Source: Acidimicrobiia bacterium
GTDB taxonomy: Bacteria > Actinomycetota > Acidimicrobiia > IMCC26256 > PALSA-555
Direction: 5' to 3'
Assembly: GCA_031406505.1 (NCBI GenBank)
Contig: JANOHN010000013.1
Location: 2,455 to 26,454, forward strand
DNA: 24,000 nucleotides
Position numbers and translations under genes: made by a program. The notes under the pieces were generated by a model that made no database searches, had not been told where the DNA came from, and was given only the letters and a program-made list of their open reading frames with translations. Below are positions 16,560-24,000 of the stretch, in pieces; the first letter of the stretch is position 1, and every line of letters begins with the position of its first letter.

Positions 16560-17335
16560 CAATCCGTCTCACTGTCGGTGAGGCCACGGACGTGGGCAAG
16601 GTCCGCGATCACAACGAGGACGGCTACCTCGTGGACGACGGGCTCGGACTCGTTGCCGTCGCCGACGGCATGGGCGGCCATCGCGGGGGTGAAGTGGCGA
16701 GCGCGACCGCACTCGAAGCGCTGCACGCGTCGTTCGCCGACCACGGCGGGCTGCGGGACGCAGTGGTCGCGGCCAACGCCGCGGTTCTGGAGCGCGCTCG
16801 CCTCGATGACGGTCTGCGCGGCATGGGGACCACGATCACCGCAGGCGTGCTCGGCGACGACGGCGTCCTGTTGGTCGGACACGTGGGTGACTCGCGCGCG
16901 TACGTCCTGCGCGATGGCGAACTCTCGCGGATCACCACCGATCACAGCCTGGTTGAGGAGCTCATGGCTGCTGGTGAGCTCACCGAGGAGGAAGCGGAGC
17001 GGGACCCGCGCCGTTCGATGATCACACGCGCGCTCGGGCTCGACGCCGACGTGGATGTCGACCTGTATCCCGTGAGCCTCTCGCCTGGAGATCGGGTGAT
17101 GATGTGCTCCGACGGACTCACCACGATGGTGAGCGAAGGCGACCTCGTCGGGATCCTCTCGGGCGCAGGTGAGCCCGCAGTCGTTGCGCAGCGCTTGGTC
17201 GACGCGGCCAACGCGGCCGGCGGCGTGGACAACACGACCGTGCTCGTGCTCGATGCCTTCGACGACGCCCTCGATGACGCTCCAGAGGCCGAAGCACCGA
17301 AGCGCCGACGCGGCTTGTTCCGCCGCCGGGGATGA
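16556..17335 (+). CDS. pstP: PP2C-family Ser/Thr phosphatase (PstP-like catalytic domain only)
   Basis: ATGA overlap with the fhaB stop. Motifs TDVGKVRDHNEDG, VADGMGGH, GDSRAY, CSDGL, GGVDNTT. 259 aa, ending in a polybasic tail KRRRGLFRRRG. Confidence 0.9.
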   Translation: MTIRLTVGEATDVGKVRDHNEDGYLVDDGLGLVAVADGMGGHRGGEVASATALEALHASFADHGGLRDAVVAANAAVLERARLDDGLRGMGTTITAGVLGDDGVLLVGHVGDSRAYVLRDGELSRITTDHSLVEELMAAGELTEEEAERDPRRSMITRALGLDADVDVDLYPVSLSPGDRVMMCSDGLTTMVSEGDLVGILSGAGEPAVVAQRLVDAANAAGGVDNTTVLVLDAFDDALDDAPEAEAPKRRRGLFRRRG

Positions 17336-18651
17336 ACGCGACCACTGCACATCGCAACACTGAGCTGCGTCTCGGCCTGCTCAGCGTCGGTATCACGGCG
17401 TTTGGCTACGTGCTGGTCCAGCTGCCCGACAAGTCCGACATCCCGGCCGACCTGTGGATCTTCGTCTCGATCTTCGTCGGGCTCTACGTCCTGGCGCACA
17501 TGGCAATCCGTCAGTTCGCGCCATATGCAGACCCGTCGCTCTTGCCACTTGCCGCGTTTCTCAACGGCATCGGCTTCGTGACGATCTCGCGACTCGATCC
17601 CGATCTCGCCCGAACGCAGGTGGGATGGATGGCTGCGGGAGTTGGCGCGTTCGTCGCGACGCTCGTCGTGGTGCGGCGCGTGCGCACGCTCGAGCGGTTC
17701 CGCTACTCGTTCTTGTTGCTAGGCGTGCTCGCGCTCCTGCTGCCGCTCCTCCCGGGGATCGGCAAGACGATCAACGGCGCGCGCCTGTGGGTGGGCATCG
17801 GGCCGATCAACTTCCAACCCGGCGAGGCCGCCAAGGTCTTCCTTGTGATCTTCTTCGCGGCTTACCTTGTTGACAAGCGCGAGCTGCTCTCGAGCGGGAC
17901 CCGCCGAATCGGGCGGTTGGTGCTACCCGACCCCAAGCACCTCGCACCGCTGCTGCTGGCATGGGCCGTGTCGATCCTCGTCATGGTGCAACAGAAGGAT
18001 CTCGGTTCGTCGTTGCTGTTCTTCGCCGTGTTCGGGGCGATGCTCTACGCCGCGACCGAGCGCGGTGCGTATCTGTTGACCGCCCTCGTGCTCTTCGTCG
18101 GCGGCGCCGGCATCGCGTACAACCTGTTCGACCACGTGCGCGACCGTGTGAGCACGTGGCTCGATCCGTGGGTCGTCGCGCAAGGCAAGGGCTTCCAGGT
18201 CGTGCAGTCCTGGTTCGCGTTCGGCACCGGCGGTCTCTCCGGAACCGGGTTCGGGCGCGGCAATCCGCAACTCATCCCGAACGCGCCTACCGACTTCGTG
18301 TTCTCGGCGATCGGCGAGGAGCTCGGACTGTTCGGCGCGGTGGCGGTGCTGGCCGCGATCCTCTTGTTCGTGGGATCCGGCTTCCGGATCGCGCTGCAAG
18401 CCGAGCGCCCGTTCCCCAAGCTCTTCGCGGCAGGACTCACGACGATCATCGGGGTGCAGAGCTTCGTGATCATCGGCGGTGTCACGCGCGTCATCCCTCT
18501 CACTGGGATCACGTTGCCGTTCATCTCGTACGGCGGATCTTCGCTCGTCGCGAACTTTGTGATCCTCGGCCTGCTCTTGCGCATATCTGACGACAACGCC
18601 CGCGCGCGGGGCGAGGGACGGCGACGCGTGAGCTCGAGCGTGGCCGCGTGA
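17332..18651 (+). CDS. rodA: SEDS-family peptidoglycan polymerase (FtsW/RodA)
   Basis: ATGA overlap with the pstP stop. Polytopic membrane protein with FQPGEAAKV, KDLGSSLL, PTDFVFSAIGEELG and PFISYGGSS. Confidence 0.9.
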   Translation: MNATTAHRNTELRLGLLSVGITAFGYVLVQLPDKSDIPADLWIFVSIFVGLYVLAHMAIRQFAPYADPSLLPLAAFLNGIGFVTISRLDPDLARTQVGWMAAGVGAFVATLVVVRRVRTLERFRYSFLLLGVLALLLPLLPGIGKTINGARLWVGIGPINFQPGEAAKVFLVIFFAAYLVDKRELLSSGTRRIGRLVLPDPKHLAPLLLAWAVSILVMVQQKDLGSSLLFFAVFGAMLYAATERGAYLLTALVLFVGGAGIAYNLFDHVRDRVSTWLDPWVVAQGKGFQVVQSWFAFGTGGLSGTGFGRGNPQLIPNAPTDFVFSAIGEELGLFGAVAVLAAILLFVGSGFRIALQAERPFPKLFAAGLTTIIGVQSFVIIGGVTRVIPLTGITLPFISYGGSSLVANFVILGLLLRISDDNARARGEGRRRVSSSVAA

Positions 18652-20102
18652 ATCGCGCCATCGGGCGGGTCGGCACCGCGGTCGTCGCCCTGATGCTCGT
18701 ACTCGTGGGGATGCTCACCTATCTCCAGGTGATCCACGCCGACAGCCTCGCCAACGACGACCGCAACGTGCGCGGTGTCCTACGAGACATCAACCGGCCG
18801 CGCGGCCCGATCCTCACTGCCGACGGCGTGGTCGTCGCCGAGTCGACGCGCGTCGACGACAAGACTGAGTTCGACTTTCAACGCAACTATCCGAACGGTG
18901 AGCTGTACTCCCAAGTCGTCGGATACCAGTCGTTCGTGTTGGGCAGCAGCGGCGTTGAGCGCACGTACAACGACGACCTCGTCGGCAAAGGCTTGGACCT
19001 CCGGGATCCCTTCGGCGACATCCTCGGCGGCGACGAGGCGGTCGGCACGGTCGTGCTGTCGATTCGCGACGATCTTCAACGCGTAGCGGCCGAGGCGCTC
19101 GGCGACCAGCGCGGTTCGGTGGTTGCGATCGACCCGCGGACTGGTGAGATCCTCGTGATGTACTCGAACCCAACGTACGACCCATCGCCACTCGCCGGCC
19201 ACGACACTCAGGAAGTGAACGCGTTCTACCGGTTCCTCACCTCGCTCCCCGACAAGCCCGACCTCGCGCGCGCCTATCGCGAGCGCTACCCGCCGGGTTC
19301 GACCTTCAAGACGGTCACCGCGTCGGTCGCGATCGAGGCCGGCGTCGCCACGCCCGACCGTGAGTTCCCCGTGCTCAATGAGCTCGACCTCCCACTCACC
19401 GACAACACGCTGCAGAACTTCGGCGGGCAGTCGTGCGGCGGCACCCTCGCCGAGAGCTTCCGGAGGTCTTGCAACACGACATTCGGTCAGCTCGGCCTTG
19501 ACCTGGGCGACGCGTTCGTGCCCGGCCTGGCCCGTTTCGGGATCGGCGATGTGCCGCCCATCGACTTGGTGCCTGCCGCGGCGTTGAGCATCGGGCCGCG
19601 TGCGGGATCGTTCCAGGAGGACCAGCCGCTGTTCGCGTTCGCGGGCATCGGCCAGGGCCCGGTCGCGACGACACCACTCGAGATGTGCCTCGTCGCGGCA
19701 GGGCTGGCGAACAACGGCGTCATCATGGAGCCCCACGTGGTCAAGGAGATTCGCGACTCCGACGACGACGTGGTTCGAAGTGTCGCCAGTCGTGAATGGA
19801 AGACCGCGGTCTCACCAGCAACGGCGCAGGCGGTCGCCGCGATGATGGTGACGGTGGTGCAGAGCGGTACTGGAACGGCAGCCCAGATCGACGGCGTGAC
19901 GGTCGCGGGCAAGACGGGCACCGCCCAAGCGCCACCGGGCGATCCCCACGCGTGGTTCGTTTCGTTCGCGCCCGCCGAAGCACCCGAGATCGCCATCGCG
20001 GTGATCGTCGAGCACGGTGGATCGCAAGGAAGTGAAGCCACCGGCGGTCGGGTGGCCGCACCCATCGCCGCCGCGGTTTTACGGGCGTATCTGGGGCGGT
20101 GA
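18648..20102 (+). CDS. pbpA: Class B penicillin-binding protein (transpeptidase)
   Basis: GTGA overlap with the rodA stop. N-terminal TM anchor. Motifs STFK, SCN and KTGT. Confidence 0.9.
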   Translation: MNRAIGRVGTAVVALMLVLVGMLTYLQVIHADSLANDDRNVRGVLRDINRPRGPILTADGVVVAESTRVDDKTEFDFQRNYPNGELYSQVVGYQSFVLGSSGVERTYNDDLVGKGLDLRDPFGDILGGDEAVGTVVLSIRDDLQRVAAEALGDQRGSVVAIDPRTGEILVMYSNPTYDPSPLAGHDTQEVNAFYRFLTSLPDKPDLARAYRERYPPGSTFKTVTASVAIEAGVATPDREFPVLNELDLPLTDNTLQNFGGQSCGGTLAESFRRSCNTTFGQLGLDLGDAFVPGLARFGIGDVPPIDLVPAAALSIGPRAGSFQEDQPLFAFAGIGQGPVATTPLEMCLVAAGLANNGVIMEPHVVKEIRDSDDDVVRSVASREWKTAVSPATAQAVAAMMVTVVQSGTGTAAQIDGVTVAGKTGTAQAPPGDPHAWFVSFAPAEAPEIAIAVIVEHGGSQGSEATGGRVAAPIAAAVLRAYLGR

Positions 20103-20160
20103 CACGCGCGTCACGCTGCGACGACGGTTCGCGGCACTCGGTCAGTAACGTGGTGACCAG

Positions 20161-21996
20161 ATGACGCAAGTCGCGGACATTTATTCCAATCGATACGCCA
20201 TAGAACGGCCGATCGCGCGCGGGGGAATGGCGGAGGTCTTCCTCGCGCGCGACCAGTACCTCGACCGTTGGGTGGCCGTGAAGATCCTCTTCCCGGAGTT
20301 CGCGCGCGATCCCAGCTTCGTGGAGCGCTTCCGACGCGAAGCGCAAAGCGCAGCGATGCTCAACCACCCGAACATCGTCGGCGTCTACGACTATGGGCAA
20401 CAGGCCGGCTCGTACTTCATCGTGATGGAGTACGTGGAAGGTCGATCGCTGCGCGACATCCTGCACGACGAGGGACCGTTGCCCGCCATGACCTCGGCGC
20501 GCATCACCGCGGAGACGGCCGCCGCGCTCGACTTCGCCCATCGTCACGGGGTGATCCACCGCGACATCAAGCCTGGCAATGTCCTCATCACGCAGTCGGG
20601 CCAGGTGAAGGTCGCCGACTTCGGCATCGCGGCCAATCCCACCGACGCGAAACAAGGGCTCACACAGACCGGGTCGGTCATGGGCACGGCGACCTACTTC
20701 TCGCCCGAGCAAGCACAGGGCTACCAAGTCGACGGACGCACCGATGTGTACGCGCTTGGTGTGGTGCTCTACGAGATGCTTACCGGCCGCGCCCCATTCG
20801 TCGGTGAGAGCGCGGTCGCCGTCGCGATGAAGCACGTGCGCGAGCAGCCCGTCCCCCCGAGTCACTACCTCCCCGACCTTCCGCCCGACCTCGAGCGCAT
20901 CGTGCTCAAGGCCATGGCGAAGAGCCTCGACGAGCGCTACCAGTCGGCCGAGGAACTGCGCGCCGACCTCATTCGCTTCGGCCGCGGTCGCCCCGTGGCC
21001 GCCACACCCATCGCTGCGCCGGTCGCGGTCGCCGCGGTGGATCAAGCGCCGACCATGGCCACCCGCCGGCCCCCGTCCACCGCGGAAGAGATGTGGGAAG
21101 AGCCCCCGCGCCGCTGGGGTCCGGTAGTTGCCGTGATCGTCGGGCTCGGCCTCCTGGCCGCGGTCATCGGGTTCGCGCTGTTCTCCGCCGGGAACAAGCC
21201 GGTCGACACTTCGGGGAAGACGGTGGAAGTCCCCGACCTCGTCGGGCAGACGTTCGCCGACGCGCAAGCGCAGCTCGAAGGGCTCGGGTTCACCGCGGTG
21301 CGTCGTGATGAGATCAGCGACGCACCGATCGAAGAGGTCATCAAGCAGAGCCCCGAAGCCGGACTGCTCGCGCGCAAAGGGCGGGCCATCGTGCTCACCG
21401 TGAGCGGGAGCGAGGTCACGGTGCCGAACCTCGTCGGGCAGACGTATGAGCAGGCGGAGGCGGCGCTCTCGAAGCGGGGCTTGCTCGCGGTGAAGGTCGA
21501 GGTCGACGCGCCCGACAAGCTGCCGGGCACCGTCATCTCCACCGATCCTGCCGCCGGGCAGAAGGTCGCAAAGGGCAGCTCGGTCTCGGTAACGGCCGCG
21601 AAGGAGCCGCAGATCGAGGTCCCGGACGTCACGGGACAGGACCAAGTCGCCGCGCAGACCACGTTGCAGAACGCCGGGTTCCAGGTGACGGTGGCCGCAC
21701 AGCCGAGCGAGACCGTGCCCGTCGGGAAGGTCATCGCCACGAACCCGCCGGCGGGCACGAAGATCGACAAGAGCACCGCGGTGCAGCTGCTGGTGTCGAC
21801 CGGCCCCACGAACGTGGCGGTCCCGTCCGTTGTCGGGCAGCAGTGCGGAACCGGCGCGCAGACGCTGCAGAACGCCGGGTTCGGCGTGACCATCAGCGGC
21901 AACCCGTCCGATCCCGCGCAGAACGTCACGAGCCAGAGCCCGGCCGCGGGGACCATGCTGCCGGCCGGCTCCGCGGTATCGATCTCCTGCGCCTGA
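20161..21996 (+). CDS. pknB: Ser/Thr protein kinase with TM helix and four extracellular PASTA domains
   Basis: Kinase motifs GGMAEVF, VAVKIL, HRDIKPGN, DFG and SPEQ. TM helix WGPVVAVIVGLGLLAAVIGFALF. Four repeats of about 65 aa of the VxVPdlvGq type. Confidence 0.95.
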   Translation: MTQVADIYSNRYAIERPIARGGMAEVFLARDQYLDRWVAVKILFPEFARDPSFVERFRREAQSAAMLNHPNIVGVYDYGQQAGSYFIVMEYVEGRSLRDILHDEGPLPAMTSARITAETAAALDFAHRHGVIHRDIKPGNVLITQSGQVKVADFGIAANPTDAKQGLTQTGSVMGTATYFSPEQAQGYQVDGRTDVYALGVVLYEMLTGRAPFVGESAVAVAMKHVREQPVPPSHYLPDLPPDLERIVLKAMAKSLDERYQSAEELRADLIRFGRGRPVAATPIAAPVAVAAVDQAPTMATRRPPSTAEEMWEEPPRRWGPVVAVIVGLGLLAAVIGFALFSAGNKPVDTSGKTVEVPDLVGQTFADAQAQLEGLGFTAVRRDEISDAPIEEVIKQSPEAGLLARKGRAIVLTVSGSEVTVPNLVGQTYEQAEAALSKRGLLAVKVEVDAPDKLPGTVISTDPAAGQKVAKGSSVSVTAAKEPQIEVPDVTGQDQVAAQTTLQNAGFQVTVAAQPSETVPVGKVIATNPPAGTKIDKSTAVQLLVSTGPTNVAVPSVVGQQCGTGAQTLQNAGFGVTISGNPSDPAQNVTSQSPAAGTMLPAGSAVSISCA

Positions 21997-22009
21997 GCGC
22001 ACGCCACGC

Positions 22010-22786
22010 GTGGCCCGGCGGTCGCTTTCGAGCTGGTACACGGCGAACGGTCGTCACGATCTGCCGTGGCGCGCCAAGACCGACCGTTGGTTGGTGCTCG
22101 TCTCGGAAGTGATGCTCCACCAGACGCAAGCTCCGCGGGTCGCGGCCGCATGGCCTGCGTTCATCGGCCGGTTCCCGACACCCGACGCGATGGCCGACGC
22201 GGGTCCCGGCGCCGTGATCGAAGCTTGGGGTCGGCTCGGCTACCCGCGGCGCGCCCGGCGGCTGTGGGAGTCGGCGGTGCTCATCGCCGATGCGGGGTGG
22301 CCGGACGACCTCACGGTGTTGCCGGGCGTCGGTCGCTACACCGCCCAGGCGATCGGTGCCCAAGCCGACGGGATTGACGTTCCTGCCGTGGAGGTGAACA
22401 CGCGCCGTGTGATCGAGCGCGTGACGGGGCGACGGCTCACCGATCGGGAAGCCGAGGCGGCGATGATCGAGGTGGGCGCGCCGTTGCGCGGTCGCGATCG
22501 ACTGCTCGCGCTGATGGACGTGGGTTCAATCCTCTGCAAGCCGTCGGAGCCCCACTGCGACGAGTGCCCGCTCAACGCGCGTTGTGCAACGCGCGGACCA
22601 CTCGAAATGGAGACGAAGACACGCCAATCGCCGTTCGAAGGCTCGTTCCGTCAGCGGCGAGGCGAGGTGCTGGCCCGACTTCGCGCCGGCCCCACCCCGA
22701 CCGCGCTCCTCGACGAGCAGGCCGTGCGCTCACTCGTCGCCGACGGCCTCGCAGCAATCGACGGCGACACCGCACGCCTGCCTTGA
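22010..22786 (+). CDS. MutY-lineage HhH-GPD / [4Fe-4S] DNA glycosylase, short form
   Basis: GTG 22010, 13 nt after the pknB stop. Motifs WY..NGRHDLPWR, SEVMLHQTQ, LGYPRRARRL and the HhH motif LPGVGRYTAQAI. Cluster loop C-x6-C-x2-C-x5-C (CKPSEPHCDECPLNARC). Only about 65 aa follow the cluster. Confidence 0.8.
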   Translation: MARRSLSSWYTANGRHDLPWRAKTDRWLVLVSEVMLHQTQAPRVAAAWPAFIGRFPTPDAMADAGPGAVIEAWGRLGYPRRARRLWESAVLIADAGWPDDLTVLPGVGRYTAQAIGAQADGIDVPAVEVNTRRVIERVTGRRLTDREAEAAMIEVGAPLRGRDRLLALMDVGSILCKPSEPHCDECPLNARCATRGPLEMETKTRQSPFEGSFRQRRGEVLARLRAGPTPTALLDEQAVRSLVADGLAAIDGDTARLP

Positions 22787-22795
22787 TCCCGCTCT

Positions 22796-22810
22796 CGGCG
22801 CATCGCGCCG
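22796..22810. terminator. GC hairpin between convergent glycosylase and trpG genes (possible bidirectional terminator)
   Basis: CGGCGC-ATC-GCGCCG: a perfect 6-bp stem with a 3-nt loop and no T-tract. Confidence 0.3.
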
Positions 22811-22833
22811 GGCGCTCGGACCGCGGCTCATCT

Positions 22834-23424
22834 TTAGGCGCGCATTGCAACCTGGGTGAGGAAGTTGCGGACGAGGTCGTGACCTGACTCCGTCAGAATT
22901 GACTCGGGGTGGAATTGCACGCCTTCGATCGGGAGCTCGCGATGACGGAGTCCCATCACGAGCCCGTCTTCGGCCTCAGCCGAGATCTCGAGCGAGTCGG
23001 GCACCGAGTCGCGATCAACGACGAGCGAGTGGTACCGGGTCGCGGTGAACGGGTTGGGCATCCCTTCGAACACGCCGCGCCCGTCGTGTTGGATCTCCGA
23101 CGTCTTGCCGTGCATCACATGTGGCGCACGCACGACGTCGCCGCCGTACACCTGGCCGATGCACTGGTGGCCGAGGCACACTCCGAGCACGGGCACGCCG
23201 CCCTCGCCGAACGCCTTGATGGCCGCGTTCGAGACGCCGGCGTCCTCCGGCCGACCTGGCCCTGGCGACACGAGCACTGCGTGGGGTGCGAGCGCGACGA
23301 GGGCGTCGAGATCGACGTCGTCGTGGCGATGGACCATCGGGTCGGCACCGAGCTCACCGAGGTATTGCACGAGGATGTAGACGAACGAGTCGTAGTTGTC
23401 GATCACCAGCACTCGGGCGCCCAC
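22834..23424 (-). CDS. trpG: Class I glutamine amidotransferase: anthranilate / aminodeoxychorismate synthase component II
   Basis: Motifs [15 protein letters not shown] (catalytic Cys) and GVQFHPES. Start GTG 23424 is preferred because of the -10 box geometry. Alternative start is GTG 23433. Confidence 0.88.
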   Translation of the reverse strand: MGARVLVIDNYDSFVYILVQYLGELGADPMVHRHDDVDLDALVALAPHAVLVSPGPGRPEDAGVSNAAIKAFGEGGVPVLGVCLGHQCIGQVYGGDVVRAPHVMHGKTSEIQHDGRGVFEGMPNPFTATRYHSLVVDRDSVPDSLEISAEAEDGLVMGLRHRELPIEGVQFHPESILTESGHDLVRNFLTQVAMRA

Positions 23425-23431
23425 GAGCGTC

Positions 23432-23437
23432 ACGGTA
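23432..23437 (-). promoter_or_regulatory. -10-like hexamer TACCGT, 7 nt upstream of the trpG GTG at 23424 (predicted leaderless)
   Basis: The reverse complement of acggta (23432-23437) is TACCGT, matching TANNNT. It is followed by 7 nt, then GTG at 23424. Confidence 0.35.
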
Positions 23438-23507
23438 CCGCCCGACGCGCGAGCCGACGGCTGCCATTCACCGTTGTGGTCGCGCGGCTCCTAGGCTTCG
23501 CCGCCGT

Positions 23508-23765
23508 ATGGCGAAACTTCGACGACGTAGGCCAGCCGCAGTCGCAACTCCGCCCGGTCGCTACACGCCGCCCAAACCGAAGACCGAGAAGAAGTCGCCG
23601 CTCTGGGTTCCCGCAACGATGTTCGCGGCGCTCCTCATCGGCGTGGTCATCATCGTGGCCAACTACCTCCAGCTGCTCCCCGGCGGCCAGGCCCAGAACT
23701 CGTACTTGTTCGTGGGCCTCGGGATGCTCATCACCGGCTTCATCTTGTCCACCCAATACCGCTGA
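23508..23765 (+). CDS. crgA: CrgA-like small membrane cell-division protein
   Basis: 85 aa. Basic N-terminus (MAKLRRRRP...KPKTEKK) and two TM helices (LWVPATMFAALLIGVVIIVANYL; YLFVGLGMLITGFILST). Its position next to trpG/pknB matches M. tuberculosis. The tracked start at 23286 is discounted. Confidence 0.75.
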   Translation: MAKLRRRRPAAVATPPGRYTPPKPKTEKKSPLWVPATMFAALLIGVVIIVANYLQLLPGGQAQNSYLFVGLGMLITGFILSTQYR

Positions 23766-23800
23766 CCTGCGGAATCTCAAGGCTGTAACTTCCCACAGGG

Positions 23801-23821
23801 TTATCCACAGTCTGTGGACAG
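23801..23821. promoter_or_regulatory. Inverted pair of DnaA-box-like 9-mers
   Basis: TTATCCACA (23801-23809, plus strand) and CTGTCCACA (23821-23813, minus strand), separated by 3 nt. Confidence 0.3.
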
Positions 23822-23868
23822 CCGGGACGGGCGCCGCGGGCGGGCGGAACGCTGATGCAAACGCCTCA

Positions 23869-24000
23869 TCAGGCCGGGATCATGTCTTCTCGGCAGTGGC
23901 GGGGGGCGTCGGGCTCTTCGCCGTCTTGGGCGGCGGTCATCGTCACCTCGGCGCCACAGACGATGCAGCGGAAGCGCAGGTCGACGGGGACGACCGCCTC
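23869..24000 (-). CDS. 3' end of an unidentified CDS (not in the ORF track; 5' end outside the window), Cys-containing C-terminus
   Basis: The reverse strand reads ...EAVVPVDLRFRCIVCGAEVTMTAAQDGEEPDAPRHCREDMIPA, then TGA (23871-23869). Third codon positions are strongly G/C. I recognise no family. Confidence 0.35.
   Translation of the reverse strand, partial: EAVVPVDLRFRCIVCGAEVTMTAAQDGEEPDAPRHCREDMIPA

Noticed and set aside
20103-20160. Absence of pknA between pbpA and pknB, considered as a possible deletion or anomaly.
   Set aside because: As far as I recall, the two-kinase arrangement is typical of Corynebacteriales, while other actinobacteria such as Streptomyces carry a single PASTA kinase in this cluster. 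The 58-bp gap shows no gene remnant.
19741-22041. A 766-aa ORF on the minus strand opposite pbpA and pknB.
   Set aside because: This is a shadow ORF. It is Arg/Gly/Asp/Leu-rich with no motifs, while both plus-strand genes are unambiguous.
1-24000. CRISPR arrays, tandem repeats, IS elements, toxin-antitoxin or defence-system genes.
   Set aside because: None were spotted by eye. Every gap longer than about 40 bp is accounted for by tRNAs or by divergent or convergent gene ends. A computational repeat search would be needed to exclude short dispersed repeats.

Overview
This is a very GC-rich, almost fully coding chromosomal segment of an actinobacterium (third codon positions are nearly always G/C). 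I call 25 protein-coding genes (two cut by the window edges) and 2 tRNAs. I saw no mobile elements, CRISPR arrays or large repeats.

Left third: DNA repair and housekeeping genes. These are the PHP domain of a PolX-type enzyme, an AraC-HTH/O6-alkylguanine methyltransferase fusion, tRNA-Ser(UGA), serS, pheA and a DUF2203 protein.

Middle: ppgK lies divergent from a tightly packed pgi-gnd-zwf-ROK kinase-ridA-msrB operon. It is followed on the opposite strand by an SDR oxidoreductase and a translationally coupled pair: a FIST sensor and a PAS-PAS-GGDEF-EAL protein.

Right third: starting at tRNA-Leu(CAG), this is the conserved oriC-proximal actinobacterial cell-wall/division block fhaA-fhaB-pstP-rodA-pbpA-pknB, then trpG and crgA. 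Gene order matches M. tuberculosis leuT and Rv0020c to Rv0011c, but without pknA and with a MutY-like glycosylase inserted after pknB.

Nothing here looks like a defence island or a clearly new multi-gene system. The items most worth follow-up:
- the stand-alone FIST (NosP-like) / c-di-GMP enzyme pair
- the oxidative pentose-phosphate / damage-repair operon with a cysteine-less ROK kinase
- the MutY-like protein with Glu in place of the catalytic Asp
- an inverted DnaA-box pair after crgA
- a striking TANNNT-plus-6-7-nt (leaderless) promoter geometry in front of most operon-leading genes and tRNA-Ser

Many long ORFs in the supplied track are antisense or out-of-frame shadow ORFs typical of high-GC DNA and were discounted.
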